Below are positions 17,548 to 26,361 of a stretch of 64,000 nucleotides of DNA, piece by piece. The position numbers and the translations under genes were made by a program. The notes beneath the pieces are model-generated. The model was not told the DNA's origin and ran no database searches. It saw nothing but the letters and a program-made list of their open reading frames with translations. The first letter of the stretch is position 1. Each line of letters opens with the position of its first letter. Source of the DNA: an uncultured delta proteobacterium (lineage in GTDB: Bacteria > Myxococcota > Kuafuiibacteriia > Kuafuiibacteriales > Kuafuiibacteriaceae); the NCBI GenBank assembly GCA_963803435.1, contig CAWDML010000007.1:352001-416000 (forward strand), read 5' to 3'.

Positions 17548-18603
17548 TTGAACATCGACTTCCACTTCGCTGTCACCTTCATCAGCGCCCGGTGTGCAGG
17601 GTTCGAAGCGCAGGAAGCGGAGGTCATCGCACACGCGGCCCAGTACGTGGACGACGCCACCAACGATGGCCTGGTCCGGTTCGACAACGGCGCGCTCTAC
17701 AGCCGCGCCACCACTGCCCACCGCATGCTCGACTACAAGAACTTCGCCGAGCTGTCGGGCCAGCGGGTGTGGATCCCGTTTCACTTCCTCCCCTCGGGCA
17801 CCAACGCCTCCGACCACTTCATCGACAAGCTGTTGACCCGCCCCAACAGCGAGGTGGCGCAGGCGATGGTGCGGGCCTCCATCGCCGACGCCGAGCGCCC
17901 GTACGGCCTCCATCGGCTCGGCATCACCGCCCACGTCTTCGTGGACACCTGGGCCCACCAAGGCTTCGCGGGCGTCAACCACGCGATCAACCAGGTCCAC
18001 GAGGTGCGCCGCGAAGGGCGTGTCGACCCGCGCTTCCACGACAAGCTCTCGCGCTTTTTCAACGGCTTCGTGCAGCAGCGCCTCCCGCCGCTCGGTCACG
18101 GCGCCGCGCTCTCGTATCCTGATCGACCGTACCTGCGCTGGTCGTACACGAACGGGCGCGGCGAGGAGGTGCACCGCGACAATCCTCGCGACTTCACCGA
18201 GGCCGCCGACGAGCTCTGCCGGCTGTTCCGCCGCTACCGCCTGCGCGATCCGTTCGCCGACGTCGAGGGCCTGCCCACCCGCACGCGAGCGACCATCGCC
18301 AAGCTGTTCGAGACCCTCGTGCAGCCCGACGAGCAGGAGCGACTCGGCCGCTGGCTCGCCGCCCTCCGCGACGACCTCTTCCACGTCGGCGCCGCCAACC
18401 TCCACTACACCGACAAGGGCGCCGGCTCGTGGAAGCACGCCGCCCTGGGCACGCTGGAGGCGAACGATCCCGCCGGGAAGCTCTTCCCGTACTCCACCCG
18501 GTTCCTCTCCAGCGACTGGAAGCGCTTCCACGACGCGGCCAAGGCCCACCGGCGCGCCTTGGTGGACGACGTGCTGCCGGAGTTCGGGATCGTGGTCGCC
18601 TGA
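17548..18603 (+). CDS. DUF6765 family protein (His/Asp-rich putative metalloenzyme)
   Basis: IDFHF..ARCAGF..AQYVDD, WIPFHFLP, GITAHVFVDTWAHQGF. Confidence 0.8.
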   Translation: MNIDFHFAVTFISARCAGFEAQEAEVIAHAAQYVDDATNDGLVRFDNGALYSRATTAHRMLDYKNFAELSGQRVWIPFHFLPSGTNASDHFIDKLLTRPNSEVAQAMVRASIADAERPYGLHRLGITAHVFVDTWAHQGFAGVNHAINQVHEVRREGRVDPRFHDKLSRFFNGFVQQRLPPLGHGAALSYPDRPYLRWSYTNGRGEEVHRDNPRDFTEAADELCRLFRRYRLRDPFADVEGLPTRTRATIAKLFETLVQPDEQERLGRWLAALRDDLFHVGAANLHYTDKGAGSWKHAALGTLEANDPAGKLFPYSTRFLSSDWKRFHDAAKAHRRALVDDVLPEFGIVVA

Positions 18604-18622
18604 CGGATCTCTCTGCGGCGCG

Positions 18623-19085
18623 TCAGAACGGCGAGGTCGCCAGCTGGACGCGGACGCCGCGAGGGACCCGGCCAGGCTCGAAATCGAGGCCCAATCGAGA
18701 ACGTTGGCCTGGACGAGCGAGCGGACCTGTGCGTAGTCGGCAATCGCGTCCGACTCGACGACGTGCTCGGTCACCACAAAGCTGCTGGTGCCGTTCAATC
18801 GAGGGCTCCGTCCAGCTGATGACCGGTCGGTCCTCGGTCGGCGAAGGGGTGACCGTGACGGGCCCGGGGTAGCGGAGGACGTCGGTCGTGAGGTCGAGGT
18901 GGACCGTCCCTTGGCTCGCCGAGCGGGCGGTCAACTGGCTGACCTCTCCTCCGGCCCCGTACAGGTAGCCCTGGTAGGCGACGCCGTCGCCGAAGGTCTG
19001 GCGATGGAAGGTGACCGTGCCGACGGTGTAGGGGTCGTAGATCGCGCCGTGCGAGGTGAAACGGGACTGGAACCGGTAGTCGTTG
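18623..19085 (-). pseudogene. fragment of an unknown extracellular protein
   Basis: Open GC3-rich frame (DYRFQSRF...VISWTEP) lacking a start. Confidence 0.35.
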
Positions 19086-19265
19086 GTCGAGATCTACCGC
19101 CGGATCGGACGCACGCTCGGCGAAGAGGCCTCCGCGTGCATGATGATGGCGCTCGCCGCCAATCCGCAGAACAAGCACGGCAAGCACCGCTACGAGCTGC
19201 GCGACTTCGGATTGGACCCGCGCGCCGTCGAGCCGCGCTTCGCCGCTCATCGTGCACGAACGGCA
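19083..19265 (+). pseudogene. sulfotransferase C-terminal fragment
   Basis: EIY...NPQNKHGKHRYELRDFGLD...RFAA. Confidence 0.55.
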
Positions 19266-19269
19266 GCTC

Positions 19270-20290
19270 GCCACGCAGCGACCTGCTCGGGCTCGATGGA
19301 GTCGCTGTCGAGCACGCGATCAGCGGCCGTTGCTCGTTCCACGCGCCCGGCTCGACCACGTCGCACTCCGTCTGATCGGTGGCGGACCAGGTCTGGGTGA
19401 CGAGCTCGGCGGCGGTCGGCAGCCCGAACCGATCGAGCACGCCGCTCGGTGAGACCGCGAGCGAGGGCGTCAGATCGTAGATCTGACAGGTGTCGCCGGA
19501 GGCGCACGGGCCCGCGCCGGTCGACGGGCCCCAGCCGCGATGGCGGTGCTCGAGCTCCGCCCAGTCCGTAATGACGTCGAAGAGCGCCTGGCCGGAGGCG
19601 TCCGCGACGGTACTGACGGCGTCCGGCACCGCGCCGAGGAGATCGCCGAGCTCGGCGTCCGTCACGACCGACTCCACGATCGCGTTGGCCGCCGTGCCGC
19701 CCACGAGCACGGTGTCGCCGTTCGTGACCAGCGAGGCGTTCATCACCACGTTGCTCTGGCCGATGAACCAGATCGCGGGGCCGGCGGAGCCGAGCGAGAC
19801 GACGTCGATGAGCCGGTTGTTCGGCGAGTCCATGCGGAAGCCCACCTGCGAGGTGTTGAAGAGGCGCACGCGCTGGATCGTGTGCGCGCCCTCGTTCGGG
19901 CTGGCGCTGCCGCCGACGTTCACGCCGGAGGTCACGCCGTCCTGGAAGTTCGCGAGGACCGCGTCCGCCACGATGTTGCGCGAGCCGAAGAGCGAGGCGC
20001 CGTCCGACGGGAACGCGCCGACGCCCGACGCCACCACGCTCCGGAGCTCGTTGTTCCGGCCCCAGCTGAGGAAACCGCTCTGCACTCCGGTGCAGGAGAC
20101 GTCTTCGACGACGTTGAACGAGGTGCCCTCACGCAGGAAGACGCACTCTGAGCCGGAGTCGATGGAGAGGCCGCGGAGCCGGTTCCGGGTGGCGGCGAGA
20201 TCGAGGCGCATGGCGCAGTCGGAGACCGAGCTCACGGTGACGTCTTCGACGCGGTTGTCGTCTCCGAGGACGACGACGCCGGCGTTGACG
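19270..20290 (-). pseudogene. parallel beta-helix repeat protein fragment
   Basis: Repeated xxNxVxxV units (DDNRVEDV, SFNVVEDV, RNNELRSV, SRNIVADA, PNNRLIDV); no N-terminus. Confidence 0.6.
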
Positions 20291-20603
20291 CGAGCGCCTT
20301 CGCCAGCCCCTCGTCGCCGAGGTGCCGCGCGAGACCGGCGCGGTGATGCTCCACGCAGTACGCGCAACCGTTGAGCATGGAGACCACGACACCGGCGAGC
20401 TCCCGTTCCCGCGGCGACAGCCCGCAGGGCCGCCGGTGAAGCACGGCCTTGTAGAGCGCGAGATGTCCTTCGAGCGTCGCGGGCCGAAGCGAATGGGCGA
20501 CCAGGATCCGATCCACGTGACCGTCGGGTGCCTTCACTCGACGGTAGAGCGCCTCGAGTCTGCCGGTGGCGGCGTGCGGGTCGATGGTCCGGATCCACGT
20601 CAT
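20290..20603 (-). pseudogene. AhpD/CMD peroxidase-related protein, C-terminally truncated
   Basis: MTWIRTI, HSLRP, RERE..VVVSMLNGCAYCVEHH; similarity stops at about 20290. Confidence 0.75.
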
Positions 20604-20939
20604 GCGGCGCACTCTACTGCGCTTCGACGGCAGGTTCCTACGATCGTCCCGCGCTGAGCGGGAGAGGTCAGCGCGCGTCGCCGTGGGTCACCGACTCATC
20701 GAAAGCGGGCGGCGGAGCGCCCACCTTCTCGGCCAGCGCCGACAGGTGCTGCCTCTGCGAGCCGGTGTACCCGAACACGAGCCGCTGAAGCGCGCGAAAG
20801 AGCGCCGGTCTCACGACGCCGTCCTCGGTGAGCGTCAGTCGCGTGGACTTGCCGCCGTCGGCGGCGGACCGGCAGCGTCGAGCCCCAGCCGAGCAGCGCC
20901 ACGGCCACGATCACCAGCACGCATGTGCGAGGCGGACGC

Positions 20940-21444
20940 GGGCACCGTGGAGGCGAGATCGCTCGACCTCGCCGGCTATCAGCTGCGCAACGCGGAGAAC
21001 GCGGCGCAGGTCGCCACCATCCCCAGCGGAACCGTGATGCTCCCGGGCGACGTCCTCGTCATCGCGCGCGACACCACCCGCGCCGAGTTCGAGACGGAGT
21101 GGGGCGTCGCGCTCGCCTCGAGCGTCCCCTACTTCTCGACGGGGGCCGGCAACTCCGGTGCCCCGATCATCAACGGCGGCGACCGCTGGTCGGTGGTGCG
21201 GCCGGACGGCGTGGTGGTCGACGGTCCGACTCTGGCGGGCGAGGCCGGCCACAGCTATCGGCGTATCGCCGGCGACGATCCGGCGCTCGCCACCAGCGGG
21301 CTCGACGCCGCCCACACCGAGGCGTCGCCGGGCACCACGCTCTCGTCTCCCGCCCGCCTCGGCCTCGTGATCTCCGGCTGGTCCGACCGAAGCGGGAACG
21401 GTCGCTATGTCTTCGAGTTCGTCGAGCTATGGTACGACCCGTGA
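20940..21444 (+). pseudogene. lamin-tail-like domain fragment
   Basis: LDLAGYQL, IPSGTVMLPGDVLVIA, INGGD, FEFVELW; no credible start. Confidence 0.5.
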
Positions 21445-21489
21445 GCGGATATCGGGCGGTCGCAACGTTCCGTCCGTGACAACTCTGGA

Positions 21490-21840
21490 TCATCGGCGGC
21501 TGCGCAGATCGATGATCCCCTTGGCGCGGCCGCGGAGAACGCGGAGCAGCTCGTCGAGGAGCGCGGCGTCGCCGAGCGCGGTGAATCCGCGGCCCGGCGT
21601 GCTCGTGTGTCCTTCGAGCAGATCCTCGAACACGTCCGCGCGCAGATAGACCGAGAGATCGGCGGTCGTCGGGACGTCGGTCGGCACCACGGTGCACGCG
21701 CTCGAGGCGATCGACACTATCCACGCGCCCACGTCCGGGATCTCGAAGCTGATCGTTCCCGAGCGCATCGTGCTCTTCGCGTCGTCGAGCATGACGGGGA
21801 GCTGCAGGGCGAAGAACCTTCGGATCATTTCGTGGTCCAT
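21490..21840 (-). CDS. SCP2 sterol-binding-like small protein
   Basis: GTISFEIPDVGAWIV, ADLSV, GD..LL pattern. Confidence 0.55.
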   Translation of the reverse strand: MDHEMIRRFFALQLPVMLDDAKSTMRSGTISFEIPDVGAWIVSIASSACTVVPTDVPTTADLSVYLRADVFEDLLEGHTSTPGRGFTALGDAALLDELLRVLRGRAKGIIDLRSRR

Positions 21841-21907
21841 CGATCGTGTCGTAGCACGAGATGTCACACACCGTCGCGCACCTCGCTGCCGATGACCGCA
21901 CACAGTG

Positions 21908-23602
21908 ATGAACAAGGTAGCGAGAGACAGCATGTTGAGCGTGTTCGACTCCGCCAGCGCCGCGTTGCTCTCCGGTGGTGGGCGTCGAGTCGGCAACGGA
22001 GAGAAGAAGGAGGTCGTCCGGGATCTCCGAAGCGTGGGTCGTGGAACCGAGGCCGAGGTCGCCAACAAGGCGCACGAGCTCGCGGCCAGTTTCACGAAGA
22101 AGCCCGACGCTGCAGCGTTTCAAGAGGCGCGCCGACTGGTCGGGATCCATCTTGACAAGATCACGAACCAAGGTGAGGTCGACCTCGGCCGTCTCGACGA
22201 GATCCAGGCCGACCTGCGCCCGTTCGTCAGCGCGCTCGCCGAGCTGGCCGGCGCCAAGGCGCTCGAGGCGGTCAAGACCGACGTCAGCCACGCCGAGATC
22301 GGATCCGCCCTGCAGCACGCTTCGACGGTCCTGGCCAACGGGATCCCGGACGGCCTCACCCGGTTGACCAAGGACGGCGCGGCCTCGGTCATCGACGGTC
22401 TGCACGGCACCGAGCGCCAGGCGGTGGACGCGCTCGCCGACCGCGCGTTCAAGGGGACGTCCTCGGTCAGCGCCGCGGATCTGGATCGCGCCGCCCGCAA
22501 GCTGGCGGCCGAGCTGGTGCTCGAGGACATGGGGACACCCGGCTTCAACACCAAGGAGCTGGCCAAGCTGCCGGCCGGGCTGCAAGCGCTGGCTCGCCTT
22601 GGCGTCATGATCGCGGGCAACGTGATCGAGCCGGCGAAGCCGAAAGCGGTGGGCGCGGCGCCCGACACTTCGTTCAGCAAGCTGGCCGCGGAGACCGTCC
22701 CGGCGCGGCTCGAGACCGTGCGTCAGGGGATCGATCAGCTCGGGGCCGGCACCATGCCCCACGACGTCGAGCTCAAGTCGTTCCGCAAGGCGCTCCTCTC
22801 GCTGCGCACGATGATCGACGCCTTCGCGCACAGCTACCCGGTCGTCGACCGGCACGCCGATCCGCTCACGCAGATCCGCGACCACGTCGACCAAGGATAC
22901 GAGGCGATCGGATCGTTCAAGGACGAGTTCGACTCGCAAGGCCTGGTGCTGTCGGTCCAGGATCCCCAGGGCAACTGGTCGGCGGGCGTGCGCCCCGAGG
23001 AGATCAAGTACCCGAACGCTCCGCGCCTCGAGCTCGAGCGCCAGAAGGTGCTCGAGTGGAAGGAGTCGTTCGGCGCCCGGATCGACGAGTACGCCGACTA
23101 CCTGGGCAAGCCGAGCGCCGAGCCCGTGCAGCCCGAGGGCAAGCGGAACCTCTCCGAGCTCTTCTGGGGCGGCGTGAAGAAGCGGCCGAAGCCGGAGCTG
23201 TCGGGGCTCCAGAACATCTCGCGCCTCACGGCCGGGATGATCGGCGAGGTCGAGCAGAAGCTCGACAAGCTGCTCGATTCGCCGGCGCTCGGCCGCGACA
23301 AGGAGAAGACGTTCCACGAGACGCGCAAGCAGCTCCGGTCCGCGCTCTCGCTCACCGTCGAGCTGCCCGGGATCGTCCGCGAGGGCGATCGCAACGCGGT
23401 GCTGACCCGGGACCTCGAGGCGCTGGTGACCCAGATGGGCACCATCGCCGACAAGATGGCGGCGCGCGATCTCGCCCCGAAGAAGGACCGTGCGCCCATC
23501 GAGCGCGAGATCCAGCGCGCCTGGAAGGATCTCCGCAAGGAGATGAAGAAGCAGGATCTCGAGGGACAGCTCGCCGCCTTCGTGCGGAACCTGGTGGTCT
23601 GA
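21908..23602 (+). CDS. CHAD-domain-like protein with an N-terminal helical extension
   Basis: HDVELKSFRKALLSLR and FHETRKQLRS...MGTIAD CHAD-type motifs. Confidence 0.6.
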   Translation: MNKVARDSMLSVFDSASAALLSGGGRRVGNGEKKEVVRDLRSVGRGTEAEVANKAHELAASFTKKPDAAAFQEARRLVGIHLDKITNQGEVDLGRLDEIQADLRPFVSALAELAGAKALEAVKTDVSHAEIGSALQHASTVLANGIPDGLTRLTKDGAASVIDGLHGTERQAVDALADRAFKGTSSVSAADLDRAARKLAAELVLEDMGTPGFNTKELAKLPAGLQALARLGVMIAGNVIEPAKPKAVGAAPDTSFSKLAAETVPARLETVRQGIDQLGAGTMPHDVELKSFRKALLSLRTMIDAFAHSYPVVDRHADPLTQIRDHVDQGYEAIGSFKDEFDSQGLVLSVQDPQGNWSAGVRPEEIKYPNAPRLELERQKVLEWKESFGARIDEYADYLGKPSAEPVQPEGKRNLSELFWGGVKKRPKPELSGLQNISRLTAGMIGEVEQKLDKLLDSPALGRDKEKTFHETRKQLRSALSLTVELPGIVREGDRNAVLTRDLEALVTQMGTIADKMAARDLAPKKDRAPIEREIQRAWKDLRKEMKKQDLEGQLAAFVRNLVV

Positions 23603-23636
23603 CCCTTCTTCCCGCACACTGGGCCGGGAGGCTGAC

Positions 23637-24044
23637 GTGGGGCACAAGTCGGACGAGGAGTCGATCTGGGAGGCGATCGGTGAGGCCAACCGGGCCTGGG
23701 TGAGCGGCGATCCGCTCGAGGTGGGCGCCTTGTTCGCGCGCGACGCGGTCATGGTCCTGCCGGGGCTCGCAGGTGCGCTGGTCGGACGCGACGCGATCGT
23801 CCAGAGCTTCGTCGACTACACCCAAACGGCGAAGACCACCCGGTTCGACGAGCTCGAGCACCAAATCCACGTCTTCGGAGACACGGCGGGCGTCGTCTAT
23901 CGATTCCGGGTCGCGTACGAGCTCGACGGTGCGAGCTACGAGGAGACCGGCCAGGAGATCCTGGTCCTCCAGAGGAAGAAGAAGGGCTGGCGCGTGGTCA
24001 TGCGGACCCAGGCGCCCGTGCTCGAGGCCCAAGCTACTGCGTGA
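23637..24044 (+). CDS. NTF2/SnoaL-like (DUF4440) protein
   Basis: NRAWVSGD, GRDAIVQSF, VFGDTA, GWRVV; GGAGG RBS. Confidence 0.85.
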   Translation: MGHKSDEESIWEAIGEANRAWVSGDPLEVGALFARDAVMVLPGLAGALVGRDAIVQSFVDYTQTAKTTRFDELEHQIHVFGDTAGVVYRFRVAYELDGASYEETGQEILVLQRKKKGWRVVMRTQAPVLEAQATA

Positions 24045-24047
24045 CGC

Positions 24048-24300
24048 GGGATAGGAATGGCCCATGAAGGCATCCCTGTTCGTCGGATATTGAGCCTTCA
24101 TCCCGAGGTGATGAAAGCGTCTCTCGAGCGTAGGCTGGGAAGATCGTGGTCGACGGGCGAGGACGGTTTGGAATGAGGGCTTCGAGCCCGGATAGGAATG
24201 TGTCTGGCCCGGCTGCGGCATCCCGAATAGACGACGACGATCGCGAGTGGGAAGTACGCTTTTTGACGCCGGAGCTCCCGTCGACCACGAGCCGAAATCG
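24048..24300 (+). ncRNA. candidate IS110 bridge-type non-coding RNA
   Basis: Non-coding region directly upstream of an IS110 N-terminus; perfect 14-bp IR 24144-24157/24277-24290; repeated GGATAGGAATG...GGCATCCC module. Confidence 0.45.
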
Positions 24301-24311
24301 CGAGGTTCACG

Positions 24312-24400
24312 ATGCGAGTGGTTCATCTGATCTGCGCCGGAGTGGACGTCCACCAGGCGCAGCTCTCGGTCTGTGTTCGCCGGGTGGTCGACGACTCCTC
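24312..24400 (+). pseudogene. IS110-family recombinase N-terminal fragment
   Basis: MRVVHLICAGVDVHQAQLSVCVR matches the CAGxDVH DEDD start; GAGG RBS. Confidence 0.7.
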
Positions 24401-24499
24401 GGTGCGCTTGGGTCAGGGACTGCAGGGCGGACAACACCTCTACAGGCGGATTCTCCTGCTCCTCTTTGAGGCGCTGATCTCGCTCGGCGGTGCTCGAAT

Positions 24500-24775
24500 T
24501 CAGCTCGCCTGGGTCGGGACGATGCGGCCGATCAGCGCGCCGGCGACGAAGGGCCCGTCGAAGTCCACATCGAACCACGTGCCGAACGCCTTGGCGTCGC
24601 TGATGGCGTGCCACACATGCGCAAGCGGCGCGCGCAGGAAAGTCTTCTTCTCGATACGGTCTTTGATGTCGTTCATTAGCAACCTCCAGGTTGCCCATGC
24701 ACGTAATCGAGGCGTTTTAGAAAAGCAACCCATAGGTTGCGTTTTATTCACGCGCGCTGGATCGAGACTCCAAAG
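24500..24775 (-). pseudogene. near-identical duplicate of the SRPBCC 5' half, promoter and operators
   Basis: Matches about 12451-12719, including operators at 24679-24694 and 24725-24740; ORF stops after 57 codons. Confidence 0.9.
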
Positions 24776-24832
24776 TCGGCTTTTTCTCAGCTTTCGATCG
24801 GAGCAAGTCTCTCAGTCAGGGTTTGCGCCTAT

Positions 24833-25222
24833 TCAGCCCGGCCAAGGCGTACCACAGCAAACGTGACGGCCATCCGGATCGCGGAGGGCGACGAAGCTCA
24901 TCGGACCGATCTCGCTCCGCGCGATCACCTCCACGCCGCGTTCGGTCAGGCGGGCCAGGAGCCGATCCAGATCGTCGACCGTGAAGCTGACGATGGTCCC
25001 CGGCGGATCGCGATGCTGCGCCGCCGTCTCCAGCCAGAACCCCTTCCGGTCGTGGATCGCGAAGTGGAACGAGCCGAGCTGGCAGGCCCAGTGCCGCTGG
25101 GTGCCACGGTGCTGCTCGAGCTCGAGCGGAATGTCCAGCACCTCGCGATAGAACTCGGCCGTGCGCTCGGGCGAGTCGGAGGTGAGGACGACGGACTTCA
25201 AATCACTGATCAAGCTCTTCAT
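24833..25222 (-). CDS. VOC/glyoxalase family protein
   Basis: AEFYREVL, VSFTVDDLD, LRDPDGR; AAGGAG RBS. Confidence 0.85.
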   Translation of the reverse strand: MKSLISDLKSVVLTSDSPERTAEFYREVLDIPLELEQHRGTQRHWACQLGSFHFAIHDRKGFWLETAAQHRDPPGTIVSFTVDDLDRLLARLTERGVEVIARSEIGPMSFVALRDPDGRHVCCGTPWPG

Positions 25223-25332
25223 GTTCGATCTCCTTCGCGACAATCCTTCCGCACCGAGCTCGATCCGACGATGGCTAGGGGCGCCGATTCGCTTGGCCGA
25301 GCGCGCCAGCTCGGTGCGATACTCTTCGGCCC

Positions 25333-26358
25333 GTGGCACGCGCGCCCAGAGACTTCGCCGCCGACTCGCGGATCGTTCCCCTGATCCTGCGCGCGCTCGA
25401 GCGCCGGGGGCTCGAGGTCGATCGGGTGCTCCGCGTGCTCGACCTCCCGTCCGATGCGCGTCATCTCCAAGAGGTCCCGCTGACGCCGGCTGACTTCGAA
25501 GCCCTGCTCTCCTCCGCCGCCGCCGAGCTCGACGATCCGTTGATCGCGCTGCGGCTCCCCGGTGAGCTCGAATCGCCGAGCTACAACGTCGGCGAGCTGG
25601 CGGCGCAAGCGAGCCCGAGCCTCGCCGAGGCCCTCGAGCGGGTCGCGCGCTACGCATCCCTGTTCTACGCTCACCTCTCGTTCCACGTAGAGCGTCGATC
25701 GCGCGAGCTCTGGTTCACGCAACGACTTCGCGGCGGACGGCGCGGCAGGCGCTACGGCAACGAGTACGGCATCGGCTCCGCGCTGCACCACGCCCGCAAG
25801 GTGGCCGGCTCTGGGCTGGCGCCGCTGCGCGTCTGGTTCGCGCATCCGCGGCCGCCGGAAGCGGAGGCCATCGCCCGCTGGCTCGGCGCCCGTGTCGAGT
25901 TCGACGCCGACGACAACGGGATCGCGTTCGCGCTCGAGGACGCCGATCGACACCTGCCGAATCGAGATCCACGCCTACTGCGGACCGCCGAGGAGCTGGC
26001 CGAGCGGGCGCTCGCCGAGCGGCCGCCGGAGATCGACTTCCCGATCGAGGTCGCCCAGGCGATCCGGCGCGGCCTGCCCGAGGGTCGAGTCGAAGCGGCA
26101 GCGATCGCCCGCCGGATGCGCCTCTCCACGCGTACACTGCAACGCCGGCTGGAGCAGACCGGCACCACCTATTCGGCGCTACTCGAACGCGCACGCCGCG
26201 AGCTGGCGGTCGAGCTGGTCGAGACCACCCGCGAACCGCTCGCCGAGATCGCCGAACGCGCCGGCTTCTCCGACGCAGCGACCTTCAGCCGCGCCTTCAA
26301 GCGCTGGACGGGCGCGTCCCCCGGAGCGTTTCGTAAGCAGCGCGATCCCGGGATCTGA
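25333..26358 (+). CDS. AraC-family regulator with an N-terminal ligand-binding domain
   Basis: VWFAHP, STRTLQRRL, AGFSDAATFSRAFKRWTG. Confidence 0.92.
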   Translation: MARAPRDFAADSRIVPLILRALERRGLEVDRVLRVLDLPSDARHLQEVPLTPADFEALLSSAAAELDDPLIALRLPGELESPSYNVGELAAQASPSLAEALERVARYASLFYAHLSFHVERRSRELWFTQRLRGGRRGRRYGNEYGIGSALHHARKVAGSGLAPLRVWFAHPRPPEAEAIARWLGARVEFDADDNGIAFALEDADRHLPNRDPRLLRTAEELAERALAERPPEIDFPIEVAQAIRRGLPEGRVEAAAIARRMRLSTRTLQRRLEQTGTTYSALLERARRELAVELVETTREPLAEIAERAGFSDAATFSRAFKRWTGASPGAFRKQRDPGI

Positions 26359-26361
26359 GAC

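Noticed and set aside
18931-20598. 555-aa ORF as one real protein
   Set aside because: It is a chance in-frame chain across unrelated fragments; only the middle part is coding-like
18620-21444. Integron cassette array
   Set aside because: No attC-like inverted repeats, the pieces are partial genes in mixed orientation, and there is no IntI
21170-23752. Long antisense or alternate-frame ORFs (e.g. 860 aa here; also 45268-47745, 39802-42123, 37429-39561)
   Set aside because: Shadow frames of real genes in high-GC DNA; Arg/Ala/Pro-rich with no motifs
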